NCBI RefSeq assembly: GCF_023055435.1 | Contig: NW_025964359.1 | Coordinates: 62,001 to 126,000 of the forward strand | DNA length: 64,000 nt | Source of the DNA: Haliotis rufescens | Lineage: Eukaryota | Reading direction: 5' to 3' | Notes under the pieces: model-generated | What the model was told of the DNA's origin: nothing | The model's database searches: none | What the model saw: only the letters and a program-made list of their open reading frames with translations | Made by a program: the position numbers and the translations under genes | Shown here: piece by piece, positions 44,780-57,509 of the stretch | Layout: every line of letters begins with the position of its first letter | Numbering within the stretch: the first letter of the stretch is position 1

Positions 44780-44950
44780 TGAGTGAGTGGGTGAATATGG
44801 TTTCACGCCGCTTTTAGCAATATTCCAGCAATATCACGGCGGTGGACACCAGAAATGGGTGTCACACATTGTACCCATGTCGGGAATCGAACCCGGGTCT
44901 TCGGCGTGACGAGCAAACGCTTTAACCACTAGGCTACCCGACCGCCCCAA
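44780..44950 (-). mobile_element. tRNA-derived SINE (2748 family)
   Basis: Reverse complement of the 2748 head plus a (GAGT)n tail. Confidence 0.8.
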
Positions 44951-45276
44951 ATGGTACATGTGTAAATGTAAATGTAAATATGGAATCTAGTCACGGATGC
45001 GGAAACAAATACGGATATGGGAGAGGGACAATGGTACATGTGTAAATGTAAATATTGAATCTTGTCACGGATCCGGAAACAAATATGAGGGCGGAATGAA
45101 GGCAGCTGTGATTCAAGCTTTACTCGTCAACAACAGATGGCTTAAGCCGGGATCACATCCATCCCCGTATCCGTATCCGTGACACACATCCGTATTTACG
45201 TCTACACTTATTTCCACACGTATCTTTGGCTTATTGCTTGCTTGTCGTGCGATGAAGGGAATTACACGGGGTTTTA

Positions 45277-45540
45277 GACCCGTGAAGATCCGGGATAGAA
45301 TAGGTCTTCAACAACCAATACTTGCTGTAAAAGGCGACTATGCTGTCGTGAGAGGCGATTAACGGGATCGGGTGGTCAGGCTCGCTGACTTGGTTGATGC
45401 ATGTCATCGCATCCTAATTGCGTGGATCGATGTCATTGATGTCAGTCAATGGCTGTCTGGCCCAGGCTCGATTATTTACAGACCGCCGTCTTATAGCTGA
45501 AATATTGCTAAAAGTGACGTAAAACCATGCTCACTCACTC
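45277..45540 (+). mobile_element. SINE-like repeat with (ACTC)n tail
   Basis: Same family as 29668-30120. Confidence 0.75.
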
Positions 45541-46219
45541 AATGTTCTGTTGCTGATACGGACATGTTTAGATGCCTCAGTGTAATTTCTACAAAGGCGA
45601 TTTTTGCTCAGACGAATGTGGGTTGAAACTGATTAGTGCAAATGGCCCATTACCTGTTCACACGCCTCGCAGTCGGCACTCACGAAACATATGTAATCCA
45701 GTAGCATGTACACAAGATGGCTCAACCGCTCACTGACTCATAAACCACGGTAATCGACGTAATTAGCGCCCCGCTCTAATAAGCGCCCACGGCGATATTT
45801 GCTAATATATTGGCTAGTGAAGAATCCTAATAAGCACCCCTTCCGTTTGATCAATGTACACAATACTTATTTATTCGCCTATAATACGCACTCTTGTGTT
45901 ACATGCGCCCTTATTAATGGGCAATTAAATATATCTGTCGTATGTAAACATTTCAGACTGTCAGCATTAAGCCACGAAATTTACGATCTTTCAACTCTTT
46001 TTTCACCAAAATAATATTCCAATAAGAGCCCCCTATTTCTAAATTTGAGAGCGCCCTGAGCGCTTATTACGTCGAATACGGTACATGTTTTCGTTGGCTG
46101 CCCTGCACACATGCTATACTTATCAATTTACTTAATCGCACACCACTGGATCACCACGTCAAATACACAAGTCATGTAATTTATGTTGAGATGTTTGAAT
46201 TAAAATCATCTCATTGTAA

Positions 46220-46726
46220 AACAAGTATTTGTCACAAAGTGACGAAATGTCCCCCGCCTGTATATACACCATAGTACCAAATATGAAGACAATCCAGCGA
46301 TTAGTTCTTGAGATATTGCGGCAACACCGTTTTCCAACTCCAAAAACAGATTTGCCTGCTGTGACCTTGAAAATGGGGTCAAGGTCACCCAAACCGACTG
46401 GTGTCTACGGAGTCTGTATATACACCATAGTTCCAAATATGAAAACAATCCAGTGTTTAGTTCTTGAGATATCGCTGCAACACCGTTTTCCAACTCCAAA
46501 AGCAGATTTGCCTGCTATGACCTTGAAAATAGGGTCAAGGTCACCAAAACCGACTGGTGTCTGCGGAGTCTGTATATACACCATAGTTCCAAATATGAAG
46601 ACAATCAAGTGTTTAGTTCTTGAGATATCGCGGCAACAAACAGGTGGGACGTACGGACGGACGTACGGACGGACGGTCGTGAATACTATATCCCCCGCTT
46701 CGCGCTTTCGCGCGGCGGGGGACAAT
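46220..46726 (+). mobile_element. HINE/pearl-like non-autonomous element with 156-bp internal tandem repeats
   Basis: AACAAG start, ~2.4 units of 156 bp (46259, 46415, 46571), (GGAC)-type microsatellite and terminal CCCCCGC...GCGGGGG hairpin. Confidence 0.7.
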
Positions 46727-47069
46727 GACAGACATGGGGACTTTGAGGTTAGCTCTTTCCGAGACAGAGGGTAGTTTCCAACCTTGAAGTGACTGACGTC
46801 TTAAGTGAATAGTTCAGCATCTGCGGCGCACACGCGAATGTATGAAATTATATAAAAACGACAAACGGAAGCGTCAATAAAGTATTGTACACTTCAAAGC
46901 CACGGCCATTTCGCCGCATGCGCCTGAAACCTCGAGGCGAAGCCAACCTATCGTCCGATACAGCCCTAGAAGAACAAGTATGTACAAAAGGGAAAGTGTC
47001 CCTTTAACACGAGATGATAAGCTACACGGCTTCCATGCCCCAAATTGACGAAGGTACTTAATCTGTTTG

Positions 47070-47245
47070 GAGTGAGTGAGTGAGTGAGTGAGTATGGCTT
47101 TCCGCCGCTTTTAGCAATATTCAAGCAATATCACGGCGGGGGACACCAGAAATAGGCTTCACACATTGTACCCATGTCGGGAATCGAACCCGGGTCTTCG
47201 GCGTGACGAGCTAACGCTTTAACAACTAGGCTATACGACCGCCCC
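47070..47245 (-). mobile_element. tRNA-derived SINE (2748 family)
   Basis: As 44780-44950. Confidence 0.8.
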
Positions 47246-47944
47246 TAATGTGTTTGTAACTATCATCACGATTTGCAGTCATAGTGGTTTTTTTGCGATT
47301 TGCAGTCATTTTTCGTTGGACCAGCAGTTGGCTCCCAATTTCCCTGTCTTTGGATAATAACACTCAGACGTCTACTCAAGTTTAAACATGTTTTATTTAC
47401 AAACGCGTGAAATTGATCGGAAACACATTATCACACCCAAGGAAAACCCTTTCCAAAACACATTTACGAACAAAATAGTCACAACAATAAATAAGCAAGT
47501 AAATAAACATAGATAAGAATAGAAGAATTATTTACAACATTGGCGTAATCAAATCTTTTAGTTCTTGATACATATTCATTAACATGTTTAAAGGTATATC
47601 AGCACCATACCCGTGAACGTGGGTTTCACAGTGGTAAACTCACTCACTCACTTATCACGGAACAATATTGAATACAAGTTCCTTTTCTTTATTATTAACA
47701 GTGCATTGCCATCAAACAACCGATATAAATCAACGTTCACTTTTTCATCAGCAGTTTGTTTAAGTGCTTGCATGAGGTTAATTCTATATACAAAAAGTAA
47801 TGTGCATGTCATTAAATAATGAAACACATGTTTCCACAACTCACACATTTACATTTGGGATCATTGCTAAAACCATATCTGAATAGGTCATAATTCAAAA
47901 CCTAACACATACCTCAATATAGTGTGATTATTGATATTCTTCTG

Positions 47945-48019
47945 GTGAGGTGAGGTGAGGTGAAATGGGTTTAACGTCGCGTCCAAGATTATTGCACTTA
48001 TATAGCGACTTGCATGTAC

Positions 48020-48050
<31 letters not shown>

Positions 48051-48310
48051 TGTTTGTGTGGCTGCTTGTACTAGTCCGGACTGATGCCGATTTATAGTGC
48101 TAGCTCACGGAGATACCATGCCACAGTTTAACATGAATACCCCACTCAGACACAGTATACTGACTCCGAGCTGACCAGTCCTTGTTTTAACCCCTTAATG
48201 CCGAGCGCCAGACAGGGTAACAACAAGTACCATCTTCACGCGGCCGGGGATGGAACCCCGAACCTTCCGCTCTCCGGGCGGACGCTCTACCACTAGGCCA
48301 CGGAGGCGGT
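47945..48310 (-). mobile_element. tRNA-derived SINE with (GTGAG)n tail and internal (GT)n
   Basis: A/B-box-like head at the right; GATATTCTTCTGGT duplicated on both sides. Confidence 0.75.
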
Positions 48311-49116
48311 CGATATTCTTCTGGTTTCATACAATGGTACCAACTGCATCAGTAAGCATGTCCTTAAGATATGAAGGTGTAAGATTATGACAACAGATTA
48401 GGATAAGAAAGACGCAATTACAGCGTTAGAAACTAACAGTTTTAAACCACTAGTCCTTATAATGATAACATATAGCAAAACCCTTAAAAATGGCAAATTT
48501 CTACTAGTCCTTATGATACCCTAACTATTGGGCAGTTTGGCAAGGACTATAGGACTAGTGCCAATTTCTAACCCTGCAATTAACGGTTATCTCTTCTCTC
48601 TGCCAATGACTGCCACCCAATTTCATAATAGAAATTCTTAAAGGGGATATATTTTGGAAGACCTGTAACTATTCTATCAGCTTTCAGTAGAATGTTGTGT
48701 TATTCACATTGCTGCTGTGTACACCACCCAATACCTCGAAGGAAAATGTTCTATGTATCGTGCTCTCATCCACCTTCCTACTGTAGGGTCATATATTTGT
48801 GCCTTTGCCCATTATGATACAATGAAACTAAAGATACATGATATTTACACTGCGAAATACATTCATTATAACCAAATTGGAATGTTAAAAAGCAAGTCCA
48901 TGCCAAGCATCTACCAATTTTAGACAGAAAAAGAAGTAATTATAGTAACTAGATTCTATGTACATGCTTACATTTGTGCGAACATTGCACATTCAGCCGT
49001 TTTGCAGTGTTGCCTCCATGAGACGAACATTGTACAAGGAATGGGCTCTATTCACATCCTTGGTTTGGGCCGACGTGTTTATTACTGAAAAATTGCTACA
49101 GGATCGCACGAGTCAA

Positions 49117-50541
49117 GATCAGTTTGCACCGCGAAACCGCATTATCGGTGGTTCGAGAAGGGAGCTAACTCCGTTTGCTTAATCGAAAGTTTGAGGTGGG
49201 CGCACATTCGAAACTAAACGCACTTGTTGTTGAGAATATGTACTACGTAAACAAACCCGCATTACGAACTGCTATTTTGTCTAGTTTAAATACAAATTAG
49301 GACTTATAATTGGATTAGAATGTACAAATGCGAAGACGCTACAGCAGAACTCACTTCCATGAACATCGCAAAACTAGGTTGTGGGGTAATTAATATTCAT
49401 GAGTTATTCCTTTCATGGAACAAGTTTTCGGAAAAGTTTGAGGTGATAGGCTTTTATCAAGTCCCGAGTTCAATTCAAGTGTAGACATATTTCCAGGCTT
49501 ATATCGCCACCAACACTTATGTTTAGATTGATGTGTTATACTGGAAAAAGTAGAATGAGTGGTATTGCCTATGTAAATTTAATTTGAAGTAGATCTAAGT
49601 TTCTTGCTTTGCAACTATTTTTGCAAAACTATTATGGAACGAGTTTGATCAGCTATGATGACGTTATTCAAACTTCAAAGACTTCGCGTGCCTTTCGTGG
49701 AATTAACGTCACACTAAATAATTTACAAAGACATTTCCCATCAATATTACAAAATGAGAATAATATATAATGCTACATACCCATGCAAAACAATTACAAA
49801 TGTGAGCCCAATAAATTACTCAATGAAGCCCAGCGATTTACAAATGTGGGCCCACCTGTTTCGATCACTATATGACGGAAGAAGCGGGCCCACATTTTAG
49901 AGATGGTTATAAGTAAGCCAAGCTAATGAAGCTTAGAGATTTATAAATGTGGTCCCTCCTGTTACAATCACTATGACGGAAGAATGTCTGCCAGGTAGGC
50001 GATATACAAATGTGGGCCAGCTTGTTTCGATCACCATATATGACGGGAACAATGTGGGCCCACATTTTAGAAAATGGTTATCAATAATTAAGTGGAATTT
50101 CGTGATTAATAAATGTGCTCCCTCCTGTTGCAATCAATATGACGGAAGAACGTCTGCCCGCATTTAGGAATTGATTATCAGAACTAATTAAACAACCTTA
50201 CGATGCTAGGCGATATACAAATGTGGGCCCACTTGTTTCGCTCACCATATATGACGGGAACAATGTGGGCCCACATTTTAGAAAATGGTTTAGTGCTGAT
50301 AACCAATCTAAGAAGATGTACGGATGGAAAGATAAAAATATAATGCATTCAAACATATAATTAAGAATACGTTTTACCTTAGGGATAAGCTGGGCATTTA
50401 ATAGCTGGACCAAAAACAACGTACAGCGTGGGTGACGCCATTTCTCGCAAATACGAAAACAACGGAGATAGCTCCCGTTTGAAATTCGAGTGACCTCCCT
50501 TTCCCAATATGAACCACTGATAATGCGGTTTCGCTGTTTGC
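49117..50541. mobile_element. Fold-back-like element with internal TGTGGGCCCA tandem array (~49790-50290)
   Basis: GCGAAACCGCATTATCGGTGGTTC (~49130) is inverted against GAACCACTGATAATGCGGTTTCGC (~50511). Confidence 0.5.
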
Positions 50542-51000
50542 ACATACATATACACACAAGGACATCTGTATATGTAAAAAAGCAAGTCTATCAATCATTA
50601 ATGAAAATAAGGCAGATACTTCCTTAGCGGGAATTAGTTATTTGTGGGTCGCTTCTTTAGTCTTCACTGCAGGATACATACTCTTAAACGTTGCAGCTAA
50701 TATTCATTGGATGTGCAATCAAATAGTGTTTGACCATATCAACATAGTTTGCTTTGTATATAAGGTTTTATAATAAACAGATGAATAACTAGGTACCTAC
50801 CGGCACTTGCAAAAATAGAAGCAAACCCATTTCCCCATTCCATCAAAGCATCTAAGTCTTAAACTACGACCATTTATGAATACACAATGCCATAGCTTTC
50901 ATAGCTTACGGCCATGGGAGCCGTGCCAATTTACATTTGGCAGAGGGATACTCAAAGTGCGTGATCTAGACTACCAGTTGTCGGACTTTCATTTTTGTGG

Positions 51001-51150
51001 AAGCCTCGATGGCTGATTGGGTTAGATCGCTGACTTTATGTGCTGGCGATTAGGTGCCTCACTCGTCGGTTCGAATCCCGGCCGGGACTCAACCCAAAAA
51101 TGTACGAGAATCTGTACTTTACTAAGAAAGTGTTATCCCAAATAAAAAAA
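51001..51150 (+). mobile_element. tRNA-like SINE head
   Basis: GATGGCTGATTGG and GGTTCGAATCCC boxes; no clean cloverleaf. Confidence 0.55.
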
Positions 51151-51992
51151 TTGTTACATTCGACCATTTACTTTCAGTTCAAATATATCATTTCCTGATT
51201 TCGACCACATTCAACACAACTTCCTGAGATCCAACATTTACCAAGATTCAGGATTAAACAAGTAAAAGTGCAAGAGTAACTGGCAATGAATGATACAACC
51301 ATTTCTCGTAATAACCTCACAGATGACTTTGATATTAGATAGACATGAGATTTTAAATATTTTCAATGGCTGACAGATTTGGAGAATCGTAAGTTTAGGC
51401 AAACCACTTTTCATTATTTCAAAACGTCATTGGAGATTTATTTTGCAACAATAGCGACAAAAGTAGATACAAGATGTTGAAATTCGAAACTAAGCTTCTA
51501 TAAACTGACAACCTGCATCACTTCGGGCTTTCCTCCCACATTAAGCTGACACGCCGCGATATGACTGGAATAGTGTTAAAAGCGGCGTTAAACCAAACTC
51601 ACTCACTCACTCTATATACTGACCTATATGATCTTTATTCATGACGAATGTAGGCCTCCCGCGCATGTTGCTTTATACTGACAATATTGTTTCTTTTCTC
51701 TTACTGTCACAGTACCACATATACTACTCTCACACACAACTGGATAACTTAGCATTTGACTAATACAGATTGGGATTTGATGTCGCCATTCTTAGTTTCA
51801 AACAACCTACGACTCATGCACAGTAACCCGACTTAGTTAATACAGATTTCAACATTAACAGTAATGGTAATACAATATTTATGTTAATGCAAATCAAAAC
51901 TCTATCTTTTCTCCTTTCAAAAGCTAAGACAGTCCGACCCTTTCATGTGAGGGTCTGGCATCATCTGTAATCATACATTGATTCAGTAATGT

Positions 51993-54900
51993 TTACAGTA
52001 ACTCGTGCTTTTCCACCACAGCTCCACATGAACACTGAACAGTTTCTTTATCCATCTGTATCTCTGTTTTCTTTAAGCAAACCAAGCATTGGTGTTTCGT
52101 TAGTTCCTGAACATTATAAGCTTCATTACCATGAAACGAGAACGCAAGGTAAAATTGAACACGTTGTCCAGCAAATCTAGTTCCAACCAAACCAGCTCTA
52201 ATTGGAATGAAAAATACCTTAACTGGCACGGAATTCTGTCCGAGGTCTAGGTCTATGTATCCAGACAACCGGTTGCTGTTGGGGTGAGCAATCGTTCCCT
52301 TGCAGACCAAAAGGCTGTGTGGAGTACTCTGTATGTTCCTTCCTTCAATCTGAGCAGATAAACGGCTTCGGGGTATTAGACGCTTAATGCCAGAGTTGTT
52401 CTTTCCAAGCCATTCCTGGGGATATCTTGGTTTTGAAACAGATTTGATGAATTTGTCCATATCGTCCTTTAGCATTTGGGCTTGAACGAGACTCTCACTA
52501 TTTCCTTTGCACTCTGCTGATCCAAAGCCAACAAGGCTCAACACGACAAAGAGGTAGAATGTTGATGTTGGGCTGTGAAGTGTTTCATACCAGTATCTGA
52601 TCTTGCTGAGAACATCTTGTTCTGAATACGTGCTGGGAAAGTGTGGGTGTCGTATGGCAACAAGCCATTCTTTAAAGTCTGACTCAAGCTGCCTCTTGCT
52701 GAAGTCCCCCATCACTGATGCGTCTTTGAAGTTCTCTTCATAGAGATTGATGAACTCAATTATATCTGCTTCTGGAATATTACTGATCTCAAACACACTG
52801 TGGTGACCTTTTCTGGTGTATTTGAGTTTGTTTGCAGCTATCAGCAGTCTCCTTGATGTCACTGACATATTGTCAAGTCTGTGAATGTCAAACATATTTC
52901 TTTCAAACAGCTGATCGTACCAAAGGACGGCTGAATGAAATGTTTGATCAAGATTTCCAGGGTCAATGAGACTGTAACATTCAAGAATCATATCTTCGAT
53001 ATCAGTAATGCTGTCCATGATAAACTCTGCTACTGGTTCGCCATGACGACCATGTTTGGTTAGGAAGCCTGATACTCCACCGTTAGTGTAGTTTCTGTTG
53101 ACAAAATCACATACTTGCAGGCGAACGCGGATTTCACTGGAATATCCATAACACTCTTCATAACCTGAAGGTGCATTTTGCCTGCAATGTGTAAAATAGC
53201 TACAAGCTGTATCTGCATCTCTCACGAGTTCTTCAATTCGAAGGTTAAATTCTCCTTCAGTTGTCTCAGTTTCTGGTTTGCTACCTTGGCTTCTTCCCGT
53301 GTACTTTCCAACACGACGTTGATATATGGTACCATACATGTGGTATATGTGCATCAATGTCAGCTTCCTCCATTCCTCTGTTACAGAGGTAAGTGGACCA
53401 TCGTTCCATTTCTTGCACAGATCAAGGGCATCTTCAAAACATCTCTCTGCCTTGTCCTCTTCTTCTTGTCGGCAGTGTGCATAGAAACGTCCAAGATGAG
53501 CAAGGAAATTTGGATCATCGGGAAAAGAAGATGATAGTCTCCTAAGAACTTCTAGTCTTCCTGTGAATGGTGAATTCATGTCAATGTCACATATCAGTTG
53601 TGAAAAAAGAGGTCTTTTCTTAATTTGAACTTCATTTTCTCCAACATCTTTGTTATCTCTGTAAATGAATGTCCTCGTAAGAATTTTGATTATATTGTGA
53701 GCTGTCAAAGATGACCTGGTCCTCCTTGAACTAAACATGGAAATAAACTCAAGGCAAAACTCCTTTAGATTGTGTTTAGCCTTCTTGCTTAGGGTTTGAA
53801 GCCTTGTGTCTTGTTTGGTGCTTGACCGATTCAAAACTTGTTCCAAAATTTCCTTTGCAAGGTAGTAATTGCTGATCCGTATGTTCTTTTCCCGACCATC
53901 GGATGCATCTTCAACAACAAACTCCATGATTGGGTATGGAAAGTCATCTATACATACATCAAAGTTTGACTGTTTTCCCAAAAGTCGAGCAAACACTTGA
54001 CATGGCATGGACGTCTGACCATAGAAATATACAAGTGACAGGTAACCGAGGATCTTCTGCCATGACAAAAGGTGCCTTGTGGGGTTTTCCTCCAACCGAA
54101 GATACCCTTTCACATATGTTTCTATTCCTCTGAACTCGTGATGATACACTGCCATACCGAATTCATACATCACATGATGCCTCTTTTTCTGTTGAACATC
54201 TTTGCACATTTTGGATAGTACCTTTTTCCTATTATCTTCTTGACATCTTTCAAGGAATTTGAAAGAAAGGATTTTGGCTTCGTCTTCTGTTACTTCTCCT
54301 CTTAACCAAAATTTGTTGTCTTTTGGACGTTGAAGTGGCTCTTTTATTGCATAAGGATAACGTTTTGCATAGATGACAATGATGCATCCTGATTTCAATT
54401 TCTTCATAATTTGCTTCACACGAGGTTCATCTTCCCCGTCAATCAAAAGAACAACTGGGAGGCCAGAAACATCGTACAGATATTGTATTTTTGCCAAAAC
54501 TTCCTCAATCAATATGCCAGGCCTCTGTTTAAGTTGACAACATGGACATATCTTTCTCAATTCCCACAATATTCGTTGCGCTAGTGTTGTTCCTCCAGCA
54601 CCGGGGGCATGAAATATTGTGACAGTAGCACTTCTAAATTCCTTAATGAGTTTCTGCTCTACATGTTCAATGATATATTTCATGATGTCTCTTTCAACAT
54701 CAACGTGTGTTGTTCCAAAGGCGTATCTGGCACACCAGTGAAGTGACCCCCCCTTGAAGAAACAATCCACTTCTTTTGTCAGTTCTTCAACATCAGCTTC
54801 CCCTTTAGTGTACGGACTGGACAAGTACAGAACCACTAAGTCCTCACGTAGCCAAGCTGCATCTTTGTCTGTTACATCAGCATGCATATGACTTTCTTGC

Positions 54901-56776
54901 TTTGGAAGAGAGTAATCCATTTCTCTTTGTTTCGAAATCTCTTTCAGCATGTTCCCCACAGATAAACAAAGACTTTCCAAATCAATCTTCAGCTGAACTA
55001 AGTTGGTATTGTAGTCAGATTCAAGAAGCTGTAAAACTGACTTTCCAACGCTTGAATTTAGTTCTTGTAATAAGCAAACAATAATCTTTGGTTGAACATG
55101 GAAGTGGTCATTTAACTTGCACAGGAATTTGTAGACGCACTGGGCTTGTATTTCATTATCTGGCCATAGTACAATTAATCTAAGCACTGTATAATCTTCT
55201 GAAAATCTTGCCAGGTTAAGACAAGTGCTGTTCAGATTTCCTTTGACAAGCTGCAACCATCCATTTGGGTTGTGTGAAGTTTGGGTGTCTGGTATTTCAC
55301 AAAGTCCACGAAGACATATCCATTGGGTGCCACTTTCTGTAATACCCTGTGGGGAATCTTTCCATGTCGACACATGTAGGTACCTTTTCCTCTTTATAAC
55401 ATCCTCCAAACATGAAAGCAAACCTGAGTGTCTACTAGACTCCTCAAAGTCGTACACAGCTAGCCATGACACGAGTGCCAAATTATCCACATGTCTTACT
55501 GATTCTGGTAAACTGCCTGTAATCAATACAAAATGTCCCTTTTTGAAGTAATCTACTGCAGAACAAAAATCAGCTGTTGTCACTCCTCTCTTGATTGTTG
55601 CTGAGTATTCTTCATCAGGATACTCAAAATCCCCTTTATCTATTACTTGTCTGGTTGTTTCTGTATTTTCCTCCACAGACATCTGACCAGTTCCACCAAA
55701 CCACTGATAAATCTGGCCTGTCAGAAAATCCTGTGGCAGACTGAGTCGATTATGTCTCCCAGACCTGACCCACAACTGACCTGCTGTAAGAGTCAGCTGG
55801 TTACTATCTGTGAAGTCTTTAGTAACAACTGAAGGCACGCCTTGGCCATAGCTGCTTTGAACATCAATAATACCAATTACTTTGTCTTGGTAAACTACTT
55901 CTTTGTACTTGAAATTAGGCATCATCGAAAAATGATCTTTGTTAAAATAAGCCTGATAAAAATCATCACTTGATCGAACCCGAACTCCTACCACAGAATG
56001 TGGTTTTGTCTGATTCAAGCACACTCCAATCACAACAGATGATGTGTGTCTTGAGGGGGTATTCCATAGAGATACTATATCCTGCATAAAGATTGCTTGT
56101 CCATCCATGTATATTGATTCATCTGGGTAAAACAGAAGTACATCACTTTCATCCTTCCTCAACAAATCTCGAACCATAAACCTCTCTGAATTGTATATTT
56201 CCTCTGTGCCAGAAGATGTTGACTCCTCTTTAGAAATAGATTGAGAAGTTTCTACACTGTGGACTTTCAGAACCGATTTTTTTTCACTGCGTTTTGATTT
56301 TTGTTGCTGCCATGGCTCCGAGTTCAAGTTTTCTTCATCATCGTCATTTTCTGTTGCATATCCAGAAGCTTCACCAAGTTTCTGAACCTCAACTTTCTCT
56401 TCTGTGCACTCATTTCTTGCTTCTTTTAATGGCAAGGTCGATTTCGGATCTGAATGAACACTTGCTGTACATGTCACACTTTTTCTTACTTCCTTTGAGT
56501 CCTCAGATTTCTTCCTGTCTCTCCATTTCAACCTGATTGTTTGTTTTCCTTTTGTAGAGTACATGTCATAATATTCACTATTAGTTTCAATAAACTTTCG
56601 AAGAGGTGCTCCATATGCATCTTTAAATGACTTGACAGTGGAACAATGTCTTCTATATTGCTTTGTGAAACGCTCTTCAACAATTTTCATAGACATCTCT
56701 ATCGCTTTTTCGGAACATGTTGGGTTTATTATGCTATTTACCATACCAACAAACACGTCATTCTTGCTTATTCCTC
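51993..56776 (-). CDS. SAMD9/SAMD9L-like STAND NTPase, main exon (AlbA/Schlafen-like, SIR2-like, P-loop, TPR, OB fold, C-terminal Cys motif)
   Basis: IFHAPGAGGTTLAQRILWELR (SAMD9-type Walker A), PVVLLIDGED (Walker B), WLAVYDFE..S..SGL, NFLAHLGRFY and RVQFYLAFSFHG.EAYNV; acceptor TTTTCAG| at 56777. Confidence 0.9.
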
Positions 56777-57217
56777 CTGAAAAGAAAAGTAATGATGATT
56801 GGTTTCTTTGTAAAATATCGTTTCGTGCATCATACTTTTAAACATGTTAAAACTAGATAAATATTCAAACAATTTACATTAGAAGATATATTATCACCAT
56901 CTATTGTCATTTCTATGTCATGTGGGATACCGCGATAGGTATATGCTTGTCATTAGAGGCAACTAAATGGATCGGGTTTGGTGCCTTGGTCCATTGCCTG
57001 ACATCGTATCTCAACGCCTTGGTACATTGCTCATAATACCAATAACTGATTTCTTAGGTATACACTTGAATATTCACAGGCCGGCATGATGAACCTGGAA
57101 TATTGCTGTCTGCAGCGTAAAACCACAGACAAACACACATCATTTCTAAGCTGAAGTATGTGATACTGTAATGATTATCTGTGTACATACGTTTAAATAA
57201 TACAAATATTCTCTTAC

Positions 57218-57334
57218 CTTGTGTATCGTCCAGTAACGATTTTCCTTCTTTGAAAACTACATTTCCACTTCCGACTTGGACAATACCAGGGTTCTTCAAC
57301 GTGATGTAGTTATTGATAGTTTCACCTCTTTGCT
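57218..57334 (-). CDS. SAMD9-like gene, exon 2 (39 codons) encoding a RHIM-like motif
   Basis: TTACAG|...CAAG|GTAAGA, phase 1-1; translates QRGETINNYITLKNPGIVQVGSGNVVFKEGKSLLDDTQG in frame with the main exon. Confidence 0.8.
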
Positions 57335-57509
57335 CTGTAATACACAACACAAAGAGAAAACTACTTGAAGAAACGTTTACAAGCTTTGCAAGTATTTAGA
57401 TCAGTAAAATAATTTATGTGGAATACTTGTCACTTCATGATCATTTCTATAAAACACATATATCAGACAGCGACAGGACAATATATATTTTCTAGTGTTT
57501 GTTGAAATA

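Noticed and set aside
43474-51993. Functional link between the Maverick and the neighbouring SAMD9-like antiviral gene
   Set aside because: The gene is outside the TIRs/TSD and 8.5 kb away; proximity alone is not evidence.
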